Source: Thermoanaerobaculia bacterium
GTDB lineage: Bacteria; Acidobacteriota; Thermoanaerobaculia; Multivoradales; UBA5704
Length of the DNA: 64,000 bases
Assembly (NCBI GenBank): GCA_044226625.1
Contig: JBGAGQ010000006.1
Location: 108,587-172,586, forward strand
Direction: 5' to 3'
The position numbers and the translations under genes are program-made. The notes beneath the pieces are model-generated. The model searched no databases. It was not told where the DNA came from and was given only the letters and a program-made list of their open reading frames with translations. This document shows, one piece after another, positions 1 through 9,424 of this stretch. Numbering within the stretch: position 1 is the stretch's first letter; each line of letters opens with the position of its first letter.

Positions 1-2
1 GC

Positions 3-1277
3 GCGGTCGCCATCCTCTCCGGCCATGATCCCTCGGCCGCCGCCCGCCAGGTGTACTGGCGGGCGGGCGTCGCCGGCTTCGCCGAGCGGCCCCTGCTCGG
101 TTGGGGGCCGGGGGCGACCCCCTGGACGATCGCGCCGTTCCTGCGCCCCATTCCGGGCGCGAACCCTCCCGGCGAAGCGGTCGGAGAGCTGCATTCGCTG
201 CCGCTTACGATCGCCTACGAGCTCGGCGGAACCGGCCTCGCGCTCGCCGGGGCGCTCGCGCTCGCGTTCCTGCTTCGCCGGATCCGGGAGGAACGGGAAG
301 CCCCCGATTCGCTGCGCCGCGCTGGCCTGCTCGGCCTGCTCGGCGGCGCGATCGCCTCGCTCGGCACGGGGGCTTGGTCGGTCGCCGCTCTGCCCGTCGC
401 CGCGGTGATTGCCGCCAGCGCCGCGCTCGCCCCTTCGAGGGGATCGACCGAACCCTCGTCCGTGACTCGCATCGCGCCGGCGCGCCGCCCGGCGCTCGCC
501 CGCGCGATCGGGGCCGCGTCGCTCCTCCTGCTCGCGCCGTTCGACCTCGGCCACCTCGACTACGACCGGGCGATCGGCACCGACCCGCGGCGGTCGATCG
601 AAGCGCTCGACGAGGCGCTCGCGAGCGATCCCTCGTTCGGCCTCTACCGCGCGCGGCGCGCGGCGTACCGGGCGCGAACCGTCGGGGAGGACGCCGAGGA
701 GGCCTGGCGCGCCGCGCGCGATGCGGGCGACGTCGCTCCGCTCTGGCTCCTCGCCGGCGAGTTGGGCGTCGAGGCGCGGCGCCCCTGGTCGGGCGCCGCG
801 CTCGACCGCGCCTGCCGCGCCGCGCCGTTCGACGGCATCGCCCCCTGGCTGCGCCTCTCCGCCGCCCCTCCCGCCGATGATCCGGTCTCGATCGCGGCCC
901 GCGCCTTTCTCGCCGAACCGAAGCTGCTCCAGGCCGTCCAGGGCCCGCCGCTCGCCGTGCGGCGGCAAGCCGTCGCGCGGATCGAGCACCTGCCTGGCCT
1001 CGACCGCGGCTGGCGCCGCGCTCTGGTTCTCGCCGCCCGTCGATCCCTTCCCTCGGGTCCGATCTCGTTTCTCACCTTCGGCGCCGAGACGCCGGACGGA
1101 AGCTTTTCGCTTCACTGGTTCCGCCGCCTCCCCTGGGGCGCCTACCTCGGCGGCGTGGCGCTTCGCGGTGCGGCGCCCTCGGATCGAGAGCTGCCCGCGG
1201 CGACCCGATTACCCACCACCGCCGCGAGCTTGTTCGACGATTCGGGCTGCCGACTCGGCGCGACGTCGACCCGGTAA
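3..1277 (+). CDS. O-antigen ligase/Wzy_C-family membrane protein with helical C-terminal region (5'-partial)
   Basis: Frame is open from the window edge. R..YWRAG..FAERPLLGWGPG and HSLPL...ELGGTG match the O-antigen ligase periplasmic-loop motifs, followed by TM helices. Confidence 0.7.
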   Translation, partial: AVAILSGHDPSAAARQVYWRAGVAGFAERPLLGWGPGATPWTIAPFLRPIPGANPPGEAVGELHSLPLTIAYELGGTGLALAGALALAFLLRRIREEREAPDSLRRAGLLGLLGGAIASLGTGAWSVAALPVAAVIAASAALAPSRGSTEPSSVTRIAPARRPALARAIGAASLLLLAPFDLGHLDYDRAIGTDPRRSIEALDEALASDPSFGLYRARRAAYRARTVGEDAEEAWRAARDAGDVAPLWLLAGELGVEARRPWSGAALDRACRAAPFDGIAPWLRLSAAPPADDPVSIAARAFLAEPKLLQAVQGPPLAVRRQAVARIEHLPGLDRGWRRALVLAARRSLPSGPISFLTFGAETPDGSFSLHWFRRLPWGAYLGGVALRGAAPSDRELPAATRLPTTAASLFDDSGCRLGATSTR

Positions 1278-1325
1278 AAACCGCGTCCCGAGGGTCAAGT
1301 TGCGGTGTTCATTGGAGTTTCGGGT

Positions 1326-1544
1326 TTTCCCGCAGGATCTGTGGAAAACTCTGTGGGAAACCGCCCTGTGACGAAGAGAAAACAGCGGTGTAAACGGCGT
1401 TTTCACCGGATTGAACAGTTTGTTGTGCAATCCAGCTAACATCCAATGGAATCAATGGTTTGAAGGTTCTTCATTCCGCGGACGCACCGGTGTCGCGCGC
1501 GTTCCGCGGCATTTCGGAGCGGGGATCCAGCCAAAGTTTCCACA
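1326..1544. promoter_or_regulatory. Cluster of DnaA-box-like 9-mers plus an IHF consensus site
   Basis: TGTGGAAAA at 1340-1348 is a perfect TTWTNCACA on the minus strand. TGTGGGAAA 1352-1360 and GTTTCCACA 1536-1544 have 1 mismatch; 1326-1334 and 1424-1432 have 2. AATCAATGGTTTG 1450-1462 equals WATCAANNNNTTR. Confidence 0.5.
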
Positions 1545-1717
1545 CTGGAACGCCGGCCGGTTGTCAAGGGCGGAATCTGGGCGGAATCGCTCGCTCGCGC
1601 TCGGTTCGGCAGGTCGATCGGACGATCTAAACCCCAGGCAGAATGCGTGCCGGGTGACCGCAACGCGAAGGAGAAAGCGGCGTGGCGGCCGGGGAACCGC
1701 CACGCCCAGGGGCGAGC

Positions 1718-4700
1718 TCAGGGCGCTCCGTCGAGCGGACGGCCGGGGACGTAGAAGACGTCACCGGTCGCGTTGATGTTCGCCAGGTAGGTGAGGACAT
1801 GACCTCCTGCGAGGACCTCCGTCTCGACGTGCCAGTTGGAGCCGTTCGCCAGCCCGGGGAAGACCCCGGCGAGGGTCCGCTCGAGATGCTGCCTCGGCTT
1901 GAGCGACATCGTGGTCTGGTGGAGCATCTGGCCCGCCGCGTCGACGAGGGTCAGCCGCACGTTGGTCGGCGCGTTGTTGAGGTTGATCACGCCGTAGCTC
2001 GACCGCGAGACCGGCAGCTGCTCGGCCCCGAAATCGACCGCATGCAGGCTCCCCTCGGAGGCCGGGCGCCGGGCGTCGACGAGCATGCCGAACCGTTGGG
2101 CCGGCGGACCGGGCGTGGTCGCGAAACCGAGTGCCAGGATCCGCGGGCCCGAGCCGAGGGGACCGGTCCAGAGGATGCGCAGGGCCCCCGTCGCCTCGTC
2201 CAGGTTGAACAGGTCTTTGGCGACGTCGTCGATCAGAAGCGCCGCTCGGGCCGGCAGCGAACGAACTACCGTTGGTGGGTTCGAGTTGTCCTGGCCGCGC
2301 AGCCAGAGCGACAGGGTGAGCTCGCGCGGCTGGTCGGTCGAGTTCCAGAGCACGAGCTTCGTCGTGAGCTGGGTGTTGAACTGCCCCTTGCCACGCACCA
2401 CGCGGGGGATGAGCAGCTCGCCTTCCGAGGTGTCTGGGTCGAGCGAGCCCTCGGCCGGAGGGGGCGGCGCGGCAGGCAGGAAGATCTGGTCCTGGGAACC
2501 CGTCTCGAGCAGCGTCGCCGAGGCGGCAAAGCGGATTCCGGACGAGGTGAAGCGGGCGGTGAACGGTCCGGCTCGATCCTTCGCCGCGGGGAACAGGTTC
2601 GCGATCGGCTGCGAGCGCGTGGTCCGCGCGCCGAGCGAGAAGCTCGCGGGGGCGCCCACCGAGGCGCCGCTCGCGTCGAACAGCTCGACGTCGACGCGTC
2701 CTCCCGTCGCGTCGAGATTCGCGGCCAACAGACTGCTCAGGAAACCTCCTCCTTCGAGCACGCCGGCCACCACCCTGGGGGCGGCCGACCAGGTCGACTC
2801 GGGCTCCTCCGGCACCAACTGACCGAAGCTTCCCCCCGCGACCTCGAGGAACGAGCGGGCGAAGGCGAAGGTATGCGCGGGAGCCGCCGCGGCGGAGAGG
2901 GGGCGCCGGATCTCGAGCGCGAGCGAGCCTTGGGTGCTGGTCTCGCCGAACAGCTCGCCGAGGACGTTGCTCAGGAACAGGGAGGTCCCGGCCGGGAGCG
3001 TCACCTCGCGCCGATCGGGGTTCGGGTTGCCCGCCCCGCGCGGGAGGTAGACCAGGCCCACCCGGCTGTCGGACGGCCCGTCGTTGTGCAGCCAGAGATC
3101 GGACTTGAACACCCCGGAGGCGCCGCGCGGGCCGAAGATCACGCTCTGGAGGAACGAGTCCTCCCCGGGCAGCTCGACCGCCGGGCCACCCACCACCAGC
3201 TGGCCCGTGGCCTCCGCCGTCTGACCGACGTCGCCGAACGCCTTGATCTGAATCGTGTAGGTTCCCGGAACGTCGTAGAGGTGGTCGGCGCAGAAGCGGT
3301 TCGGAGCGCACGGCGCGACGGAGAAGGCGCGGGCGACGCCGCCGAGATTCCACTCGACGCGGACGACCGGGCCGGTGACGGTCGCCGCAAGATGCGCCAC
3401 CGTACCGGTCGTGACCGCCGGCGCCGGCACCCACGAAACGGTGATCGGTTGGGCGCTCGGCACCGTCACCGTCGTCCGGTTGCTCCGCCCGCTCTCCCCC
3501 CGGTTGTTGTAGGCGGCGACCTCGTAGTCGTACCGGTGTCCGGGCTGGAGCCCCGCGTCGACATGGGACACGGCGCCCGCGGGAAGCGAAACGAGCAGGG
3601 CGAGCGCGCCACCGTCCACCCCGCGATAGACCCGGAAGCCGATCTCGTTGCTGGAGCGATCCTGCCAAGCGAGGTTCGCGGCCAAGCCGGAGAGCGTCGC
3701 GGCGAGCCCCGCCGGGGCCTGGGGCGCGCCCCCACCGCCGCCCCCTCCTCCGGAAGGCGTGTAGAGGACCGCAAGGCCGGCTCGGTCGTCGTTCCCCAGC
3801 CGACCGCCGCGCCCGTCGTCGTGGATGAACGCCCGCATCACCGCGTTCATCTTGTCGGCGCTGTTGCAAGCCCCGCTGTCGGCATCTCCGCACGAGTGGC
3901 CGAGTCCCAGCGTATGGCCGAGCTCATGGGTGAACAGTTCTTCGGCCGCCTGGCTCGGGCTGGCGCTGTTCTGGAAGAAGCAGCCGAGGTTCTGGTTGGT
4001 GAAGATGTCGGCTTCGAGCGCGCGCAGGTAGATCTCGTCGCGATAGGTCCCGCGGACGTCCTGATCGAGCCAGGGGCCACCGACGGCGAGCACCCCGCCG
4101 CGATCGCACTCGTACGGATCGACGTCGGGGATCGAACGGTTGAAGAGGAGGGTGTTCGTGCCGTCCTGGCGGTCGATCGCGCCGCCGCCGGTGGTTCCCG
4201 CATAGCGGTAGTCGACGTTGGTCGCACCGTCGCCGTTCCAGATCGCGAGGCCGCGCTGGAGCTCGGCCGCTCCCCCTCCCGCGAGCCCCGGCTGGCCGGC
4301 GCTCTCCCATCGCCACGACACGCTCTGGCCCTGATCGAATTCGAACCAGCGCACCTTGAGGCCCTGATCCTCGAGGAAGGTGAAGTCCGCGGTCAGCTGG
4401 GACGGCTCGACGAAATAGTCCGCCGCCCGCACCTTTCCCGCGGCGCGGTCGGCGAGCCAGCCGCTGAACCGCTCGAGGTCGCGCGGCTGCCGCCAGACCG
4501 CCGAGCTTTCGGTCCGGCCCGCCGCTTTCACCTCGGTGGCTCCCGAAAGATCGCGCAGCGCGAGAGCCCGGCCGCCGGCCGCGACCTCATGGAACGCGCC
4601 GAGCATCAGATGACGGATGCGATAGGTCCCATCGTCCTGGGCGACCAGAAAAAGGAGAGCACGCTCCCCTTTTCGAAAGCCGGGAGCGCCGTAGACCTGG

Positions 4701-4984
4701 AAGAGCTTGCGGTTCTTGCTTCCACCGGGGATCCGAACCACGATCGAGCCGCCGGAAACGCTCCCCTGGACCAGCTGCTCGACCTCGGCCAGCACGTCGG
4801 TCGCGGGCATTCCCTCGACCGGGGCGGGGCTTACGTCCATCACTCGAACTCGCGCGATGACATCGGAACCTGCGGCGAGATCGCGGTCGCTCGCCATGAC
4901 GAAGCTGGTGGCGAAAGCGGCGGGAGACAGGAGGGGTACCAGGGGAAGGAGGAGGCCGAAGAGGAGGGCGGGACGGCGACGCAT
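1718..4984 (-). CDS. Secreted matrixin/metzincin zinc metalloprotease with FN3, PKD-like and duplicated C-terminal beta modules
   Basis: Signal peptide; HELGHTLGLGH zinc motif with AVM Met-turn; FN3 pattern (LAWQDRSSNEIGFRVYR...YDYEVAAYN); PKD-like HLYDVPGTYTI; two related modules (GVFKSDLWLHN / TQLTTKLVLWN). Confidence 0.85.
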   Translation of the reverse strand: MRRRPALLFGLLLPLVPLLSPAAFATSFVMASDRDLAAGSDVIARVRVMDVSPAPVEGMPATDVLAEVEQLVQGSVSGGSIVVRIPGGSKNRKLFQVYGAPGFRKGERALLFLVAQDDGTYRIRHLMLGAFHEVAAGGRALALRDLSGATEVKAAGRTESSAVWRQPRDLERFSGWLADRAAGKVRAADYFVEPSQLTADFTFLEDQGLKVRWFEFDQGQSVSWRWESAGQPGLAGGGAAELQRGLAIWNGDGATNVDYRYAGTTGGGAIDRQDGTNTLLFNRSIPDVDPYECDRGGVLAVGGPWLDQDVRGTYRDEIYLRALEADIFTNQNLGCFFQNSASPSQAAEELFTHELGHTLGLGHSCGDADSGACNSADKMNAVMRAFIHDDGRGGRLGNDDRAGLAVLYTPSGGGGGGGGAPQAPAGLAATLSGLAANLAWQDRSSNEIGFRVYRGVDGGALALLVSLPAGAVSHVDAGLQPGHRYDYEVAAYNNRGESGRSNRTTVTVPSAQPITVSWVPAPAVTTGTVAHLAATVTGPVVRVEWNLGGVARAFSVAPCAPNRFCADHLYDVPGTYTIQIKAFGDVGQTAEATGQLVVGGPAVELPGEDSFLQSVIFGPRGASGVFKSDLWLHNDGPSDSRVGLVYLPRGAGNPNPDRREVTLPAGTSLFLSNVLGELFGETSTQGSLALEIRRPLSAAAAPAHTFAFARSFLEVAGGSFGQLVPEEPESTWSAAPRVVAGVLEGGGFLSSLLAANLDATGGRVDVELFDASGASVGAPASFSLGARTTRSQPIANLFPAAKDRAGPFTARFTSSGIRFAASATLLETGSQDQIFLPAAPPPPAEGSLDPDTSEGELLIPRVVRGKGQFNTQLTTKLVLWNSTDQPRELTLSLWLRGQDNSNPPTVVRSLPARAALLIDDVAKDLFNLDEATGALRILWTGPLGSGPRILALGFATTPGPPAQRFGMLVDARRPASEGSLHAVDFGAEQLPVSRSSYGVINLNNAPTNVRLTLVDAAGQMLHQTTMSLKPRQHLERTLAGVFPGLANGSNWHVETEVLAGGHVLTYLANINATGDVFYVPGRPLDGAP

Positions 4985-5137
4985 GGGCGGGCTCCTTGTT
5001 GCGATCCGGCGAGGACGCTACGAATTTCCGAGTATAGGGGACCGGTCCGAGAGACCCCGGCTTCCGCCCCTGCTTTCAAGCCCTCCGCTCGACTCCAACG
5101 AAACCAACGTTCATCCAGAAACCCCGACTCCGTCGAT

Positions 5138-5200
5138 TTCCTTCCCATCCCATTCGAGTCGATCCCAAACCGGGTGTCGTTCATCCCAAATCGAGCGGCC
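5138..5200. repeat. Three degenerate 21-bp tandem repeats
   Basis: ttccttcccatcccattcgag / tcgatcccaaaccgggtgtcg / ttcatcccaaatcgagcggcc. Confidence 0.5.
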
Positions 5201-5247
5201 CCCCGGCGCATTGTCGACCGCGCCGGGGGGACGGGATCTCGGAGGGA

Positions 5248-5619
5248 CTACGGACGACCAGCCGCGGCGGGCGGCGTCTCCACCTTTTTCTTTCGCACCG
5301 GCGGGCGCCGCGGACGGAAGCCGAACTTGAGCAGCATCTCGCTGGTGAACCCGTAGTTGAACTGAAGACCGGCTCCCAGCCGGCCGCGGATCTTGTCGCC
5401 TCGTTTTACGAGATCGGAGAGCTGAGCGTTGTTGCTCTGTACCGCGGCCCGCAGCTCGTCCTGCTTGTAGCTAAGATCGCGGGCCTCGATCAGCACCCCC
5501 TTCAACTCGGCGAGCGTCGCGGCCAGGTGCGGAACGTCACCGACCGCCGGCTCGAGGTTGTTGACCAAAGTGTCCCAGCGGGCGACCCGCTCGGCGTTGG
5601 ATTTTCCTGTTGCGGCCAT
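5248..5619 (-). CDS. Hypothetical helical protein (123 aa) with basic C-terminal tail
   Basis: AAAGGAGA RBS, plausible codon usage, coiled-coil-like middle, KFGFRPRRPPVRKKK tail. Confidence 0.8.
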   Translation of the reverse strand: MAATGKSNAERVARWDTLVNNLEPAVGDVPHLAATLAELKGVLIEARDLSYKQDELRAAVQSNNAQLSDLVKRGDKIRGRLGAGLQFNYGFTSEMLLKFGFRPRRPPVRKKKVETPPAAAGRP

Positions 5620-5722
5620 GATGCTTCTCCTTTCGAAACGTGGGTACTGCCTGGGTTGGAACGACGTGGGGCGACCAATGCGACCGAACGGCCGCCGAAC
5701 GGAAGTGGGCGGTGGCGAAGCG

Positions 5723-5950
5723 TCCCTCCCCTCGCTTGGGGGGGGAGGTTAGGAGGGGGGCGAACGCATGGCGGTAGAGGTGAAATCGGAGCGGTTGGCC
5801 GGAGGAGAGCGCCCCCCCCTCGGTCCTCCCCCGCGAGCGGGGGAGGAGGCCCCTTCGGAGGGTCACCCCTTCGTCCAGTGCGCTCGGTCTTCCTCGAACC
5901 CTCAGCAAAGGGTCCCTCCCCCCGCGTGCGGGGGGAAGTTAGGAGGGGGG
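5723..5950. repeat. Three REP-like palindromic elements (direct-inverted-direct)
   Basis: CCCTCCCC..N..GGGGGARGTTAGGAGGGGGG at 5723-5760 and 5913-5950, with an inverted copy at 5812-5849. Confidence 0.75.
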
Positions 5951-5960
5951 CGACCGTCGT

Positions 5961-6107
5961 TTGGAGGAGCTCGGAAGCCCGTTGGGCGAGATCGAACGTC
6001 GGTCGGGCGAGATCTGCGGTCGTTTGGGGGAGCCGGACCGCCCGTTCGGCGAGACCGGTCACCCGTTGAGCGAGATCGAACGTCCTTTGGGCGAGATAGA
6101 AACGGGA
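5961..6107. repeat. Seven degenerate 21-bp tandem repeats
   Basis: Units such as ttgggcgagatcgaacgtcgg, tcgggcgagatctgcggtcgt and ttgagcgagatcgaacgtcct. The minus strand reads as heptads LAQRTFD/LAQRVTG/LAERAVR/LPQTTAD/LARPTFD/LAQRASE. Confidence 0.8.
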
Positions 6108-6266
6108 TCGACAGGGATCAGCCGACGGTTGGGTTCCATTCGTCGTCCGATACGGCCCAAACGAGCGCGCGCCGAGGCGATCCGACGATCTCGACTCCAA
6201 ACGGAGGGAGGCGCGCCGCATGCCGTCGGCGCCGTACCCCCGTCTTTCACAGGCTGTCTGTCAGCT

Positions 6267-6459
6267 CGGTGGCGGCACCATAACGCAGGGGTGTCCGAGA
6301 AAACGATAGTTTTTCCGCGGTCTCGTTTTTTTCTTTGAAGGGGAGGTCGTGCGCGGCTGTTCGCTCGCCTTGTTCGGAGGCGAAAGACGGGTGAGAAAAA
6401 GTCGTGCGCCGAAAACTATCGTTTTCTCGGGCACCTATGCGTTAAGGTGCCCGCCACCG
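6267..6459. mobile_element. MITE-like element / long imperfect inverted repeat (arms about 47 bp)
   Basis: cggtggcggcaccataacgcaggggtgtccgagaaaacgatagtttt (6267-6313) is the near reverse complement of aaaactatcgttttctcgggcacctatgcgttaaggtgcccgccaccg (6412-6459). No transposase nearby. Confidence 0.6.
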
Positions 6460-6537
6460 CGAAAGCGCCTCGGAAGCCAGGCCGCCCCACCCCTTGAACC
6501 GCACCAAGAGCCGCCCGCCCCTCGCTGAAATGGCGTC

Positions 6538-7317
6538 TCAACCCGCTGGCGTCACCCGATACGTCCGAGTGGTCTCGCCGGACTGGCCTAGACCGGCGCC
6601 GCTCGAGACTTCGACAGAGGAACTGACGTAGAGACGGCCGCCGGGGCTGCGCGAGAAGGTCTTCGTCTCGCGAAGGCTCACCTCGAAGGTGATGAGGAAT
6701 TTGCTGAACTTGAGCTTGGCGTTCCGCTCGGTCGCGATCGGCAGACCGGCCGGGTCGAGCCAGATCTTGAGCACCTCGTCGCGGCTCTTGAGGCTTTTGC
6801 GCTCCCGGGAGTTCAGTCCGTCGCGAGGCTCGAGGTAGAGGACGCGCGTCGGTCGGCCGTTCCTGGGCTCGGTCTTGTCGGCGGAGAGCTTCGCTCCCTC
6901 GATCTCCAGCCGCAGCACTTCGGCGGGATCGAGCAGCTCGGTCGCCTTCTTCGCGTCCAAGAGACCGAGCCCGCCGTCTTTCCGCTCCGGGGTGTCCGGC
7001 GCCGCGGCGCGCCGCCATTCGGCCTGGCGGTCGGCGCGGATCTGCGGAGTCGGCCAGGTGAGGCGAAGCCCCGCGGCATCGTGCTCCGCGAGAGCGCTTC
7101 CTTCCTCCGTCGTGCGCTGATCATCACCGTCGTCGCTGCTCTTGCGAACGCTCGTGACGCCGATCTGCGCCCGAATCGCCGGTCCGTTCTCCGCTTTGCG
7201 AAGATTGGCCCGAAGATCGCCGAGGGGATCCGCGGCGAGGGGCGGGGCGGCGCCCAGAGAAACCATAAGGGCAAACGCGAAGGGAAAGAGGACGGTGGAA
7301 AATTTCGGTCGGTCCAT
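6538..7317 (-). CDS. Secreted hypothetical protein (beta-rich, possibly LolA-like fold)
   Basis: Start re-called at MDRPKFSTVLFPFAF with a signal peptide; KIWLDPAGLP resembles LolA-like strands. Confidence 0.65.
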   Translation of the reverse strand: MDRPKFSTVLFPFAFALMVSLGAAPPLAADPLGDLRANLRKAENGPAIRAQIGVTSVRKSSDDGDDQRTTEEGSALAEHDAAGLRLTWPTPQIRADRQAEWRRAAAPDTPERKDGGLGLLDAKKATELLDPAEVLRLEIEGAKLSADKTEPRNGRPTRVLYLEPRDGLNSRERKSLKSRDEVLKIWLDPAGLPIATERNAKLKFSKFLITFEVSLRETKTFSRSPGGRLYVSSSVEVSSGAGLGQSGETTRTYRVTPAG

Positions 7318-7545
7318 TCGATCTCCGTCGTGAGGGGAGCGCTTTCGGCCCCGGAGCTGGCTGCAAGATTCTCTCCCGCTCGCGTCCCCAGGAAAACACC
7401 GCCTCGCGCTAGATATGCCGTCCGTCCCGGAAGACGTTCGCGTCCTCTCCCGCATTCAGAGTCGCGCCACGGCCCGTCATCCAATCCCCTCGGCTTCGCG
7501 TACTGTGAGGGAGCGGCCAAGCCGCTCTCGAGAGGAAAACCGCCG

Positions 7546-8355
7546 ATGATTCGACCCCGCCTTTGGATCCTCCTGCTGCTCACCGCGGCGCCCGCCCTGG
7601 GCCACGATTTTTGGATCGAGCCGACGGCGCTCTCCCCAGCGCCGGGCTCGCAGCTCGGCGTCCGCCTTCGCGTAGGGGAGAACTTCGCGGGCGACCCGGT
7701 GCCGCGCGACCCCGAGCGGATCGAACGATTCGCGATCCGCGGCCCGAACGGAGAGAAGCCCGTGCCGGGGATCCCCGGCGGCGAGCCGGCGGGGTTTGCC
7801 GCGGTCGGTCCGGCCGGGATTTACCAGATCGTCTATGACAGCAACCGTGCGTCGGTCTCGCTCGAACCACAGAAGTTCGAGGAGTACCTCCGCCTGGAAG
7901 GGCTCGAACGGATCCTCGACGTGAGGAAAAAGCGTGGTTTGGCGGACAAGCCGAGCCGCGAGGTCTATTCGCGGTGCGTCAAAGCGCTGCTCGCAGTCGG
8001 CGGCACGGCGGGGAGCGGTTTCGACCAACCCGTCGGTCTGGAGCTGGAGCTGGTCCCGGAGAAGAACCCGTTCGAGATCGAGCCGGGGGGCGAGCTGCCG
8101 GTCCGGCTGCTCTACCGGGGTAAGCCGCTCGAAGGGGCCCTGGTGGTGGCGCTCCCCCATTCGCAGCCTCAGGCCGGAGAGATCAGGGCGCGCACGGACG
8201 CTCAAGGGAGGGTTCGGCTCAAACTGCCCGCCGGGGCGTCCGGACCGGAGATCTGGCTGATCAAGGCGGTCCACATGATCGAGGCGCCGAAGGACGTCAA
8301 GGACGCCGACTGGGAGAGCTTCTGGGCCTCCCTGGTCTTCCGCGCGGGACGATAG
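7546..8355 (+). CDS. DUF4198 family periplasmic protein (Co/Ni uptake-associated)
   Basis: Signal peptide followed by HDFWIEP; [23 protein letters not shown] and WESFWASL motifs. Confidence 0.85.
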   Translation: MIRPRLWILLLLTAAPALGHDFWIEPTALSPAPGSQLGVRLRVGENFAGDPVPRDPERIERFAIRGPNGEKPVPGIPGGEPAGFAAVGPAGIYQIVYDSNRASVSLEPQKFEEYLRLEGLERILDVRKKRGLADKPSREVYSRCVKALLAVGGTAGSGFDQPVGLELELVPEKNPFEIEPGGELPVRLLYRGKPLEGALVVALPHSQPQAGEIRARTDAQGRVRLKLPAGASGPEIWLIKAVHMIEAPKDVKDADWESFWASLVFRAGR

Positions 8356-8398
8356 CTCCGAGCGGCCCGGGGGGCGCGTTGGTATATTTCGCACTCCC

Positions 8399-9424
8399 GT
8401 GACCGACCTCCTCAAAGCCATCCGATCCCGCGCGGCGAAAGCCCAGACGTCGATCGTCCTGCCGGAAGGGGACGACCCGCGGGTGGTCGCCGCCGCCGTC
8501 CGTGCGCGAGAGATCGGCCTCTGCCGGCCGCTGCTGGTCGTCCCTCCTGGAACGATCCTCGATCCGGCGGCGATCGATCTCGAGCGGCTCGATCCGGTCG
8601 CCGATCCGGAGCTTCCGCGGCTCGAGGCGCTGCTCGTCGAGCGACTGGCCGGCCGGGGGCTGACCGCGGGCGCCGCGCCGGAGGCGGCGAAGCGAGTCCG
8701 TGACCCTCTCTACTACGCCGACCTGTTGGTCCTGAGCGGCCGCGCGGACGGCGCGGTGATGGGCGCCAAGGCGACGACGGCCGACTCGATGCGCGCGGCG
8801 CTGCGCACGATCGGCCCGCGGGAGGGCTTGAAGACCGTCTCGTCCTGCTTCCTCATGGCATTTCCCGACGGCCGATCGCTCATCTACAGCGATTGCGGCG
8901 TGGTCCCCGATCCTGATCCCGAACAGCTCGCCGACATCGCGGAAGCTGCCGCGGAGAGCTGCCGCGCGCTGCTCGGAGAAGAGCCACGAGTGGCGCTGTT
9001 GTCGTTTTCGACCCGCGGCAGCGCGGGCCATCCCAAGGTCGACAAGGTCCGACGGGCGCTCGACCTGCTGCGCGGGCGCGCCGTAGGGTTCGCGGTCGAC
9101 GGCGAGCTCCAGGCCGATGCCGCGCTGGTCCCCGAGGTCGCGCTGCGAAAAGCTCCGGAGAGCGCGGTCGCCGGCCGGGCGAACGTGCTGATCTTTCCCG
9201 ACCTAGACGCCGGCAACATCGCCTACAAACTGACCGAGCGCCTCGCCGGTGCGCGGGCCGTGGGGCCGTTGCTCCAGGGGCTCGCCCGGCCGGTCAACGA
9301 CCTGTCGCGCGGCTGCTCGGTCGAGGACGTCGTCGACGCAATGGCGGTCACCGCCCTCCAGGCGGCAGCCTCGGACTTGCCGGCCTCGGCGGACGCGGCA
9401 GGCAAAGGAGCAGCGAACGGATGA
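8399..9424 (+). CDS. pta: Phosphate acetyltransferase
   Basis: [59 protein letters not shown]. Confidence 0.93.
   Translation: MTDLLKAIRSRAAKAQTSIVLPEGDDPRVVAAAVRAREIGLCRPLLVVPPGTILDPAAIDLERLDPVADPELPRLEALLVERLAGRGLTAGAAPEAAKRVRDPLYYADLLVLSGRADGAVMGAKATTADSMRAALRTIGPREGLKTVSSCFLMAFPDGRSLIYSDCGVVPDPDPEQLADIAEAAAESCRALLGEEPRVALLSFSTRGSAGHPKVDKVRRALDLLRGRAVGFAVDGELQADAALVPEVALRKAPESAVAGRANVLIFPDLDAGNIAYKLTERLAGARAVGPLLQGLARPVNDLSRGCSVEDVVDAMAVTALQAAASDLPASADAAGKGAANG

Noticed and set aside
1682-5356. 1224-aa plus-strand ORF and similar long antisense ORFs (e.g. 28861-31359, 54820-57273 alternative frame)
   Set aside because: Shadow ORFs of real high-GC genes: Arg/Gly-rich, with no motifs.
5961-6107. 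CRISPR array
   Set aside because: The units are contiguous degenerate 21-mers with no unique spacers, and there are no cas genes.
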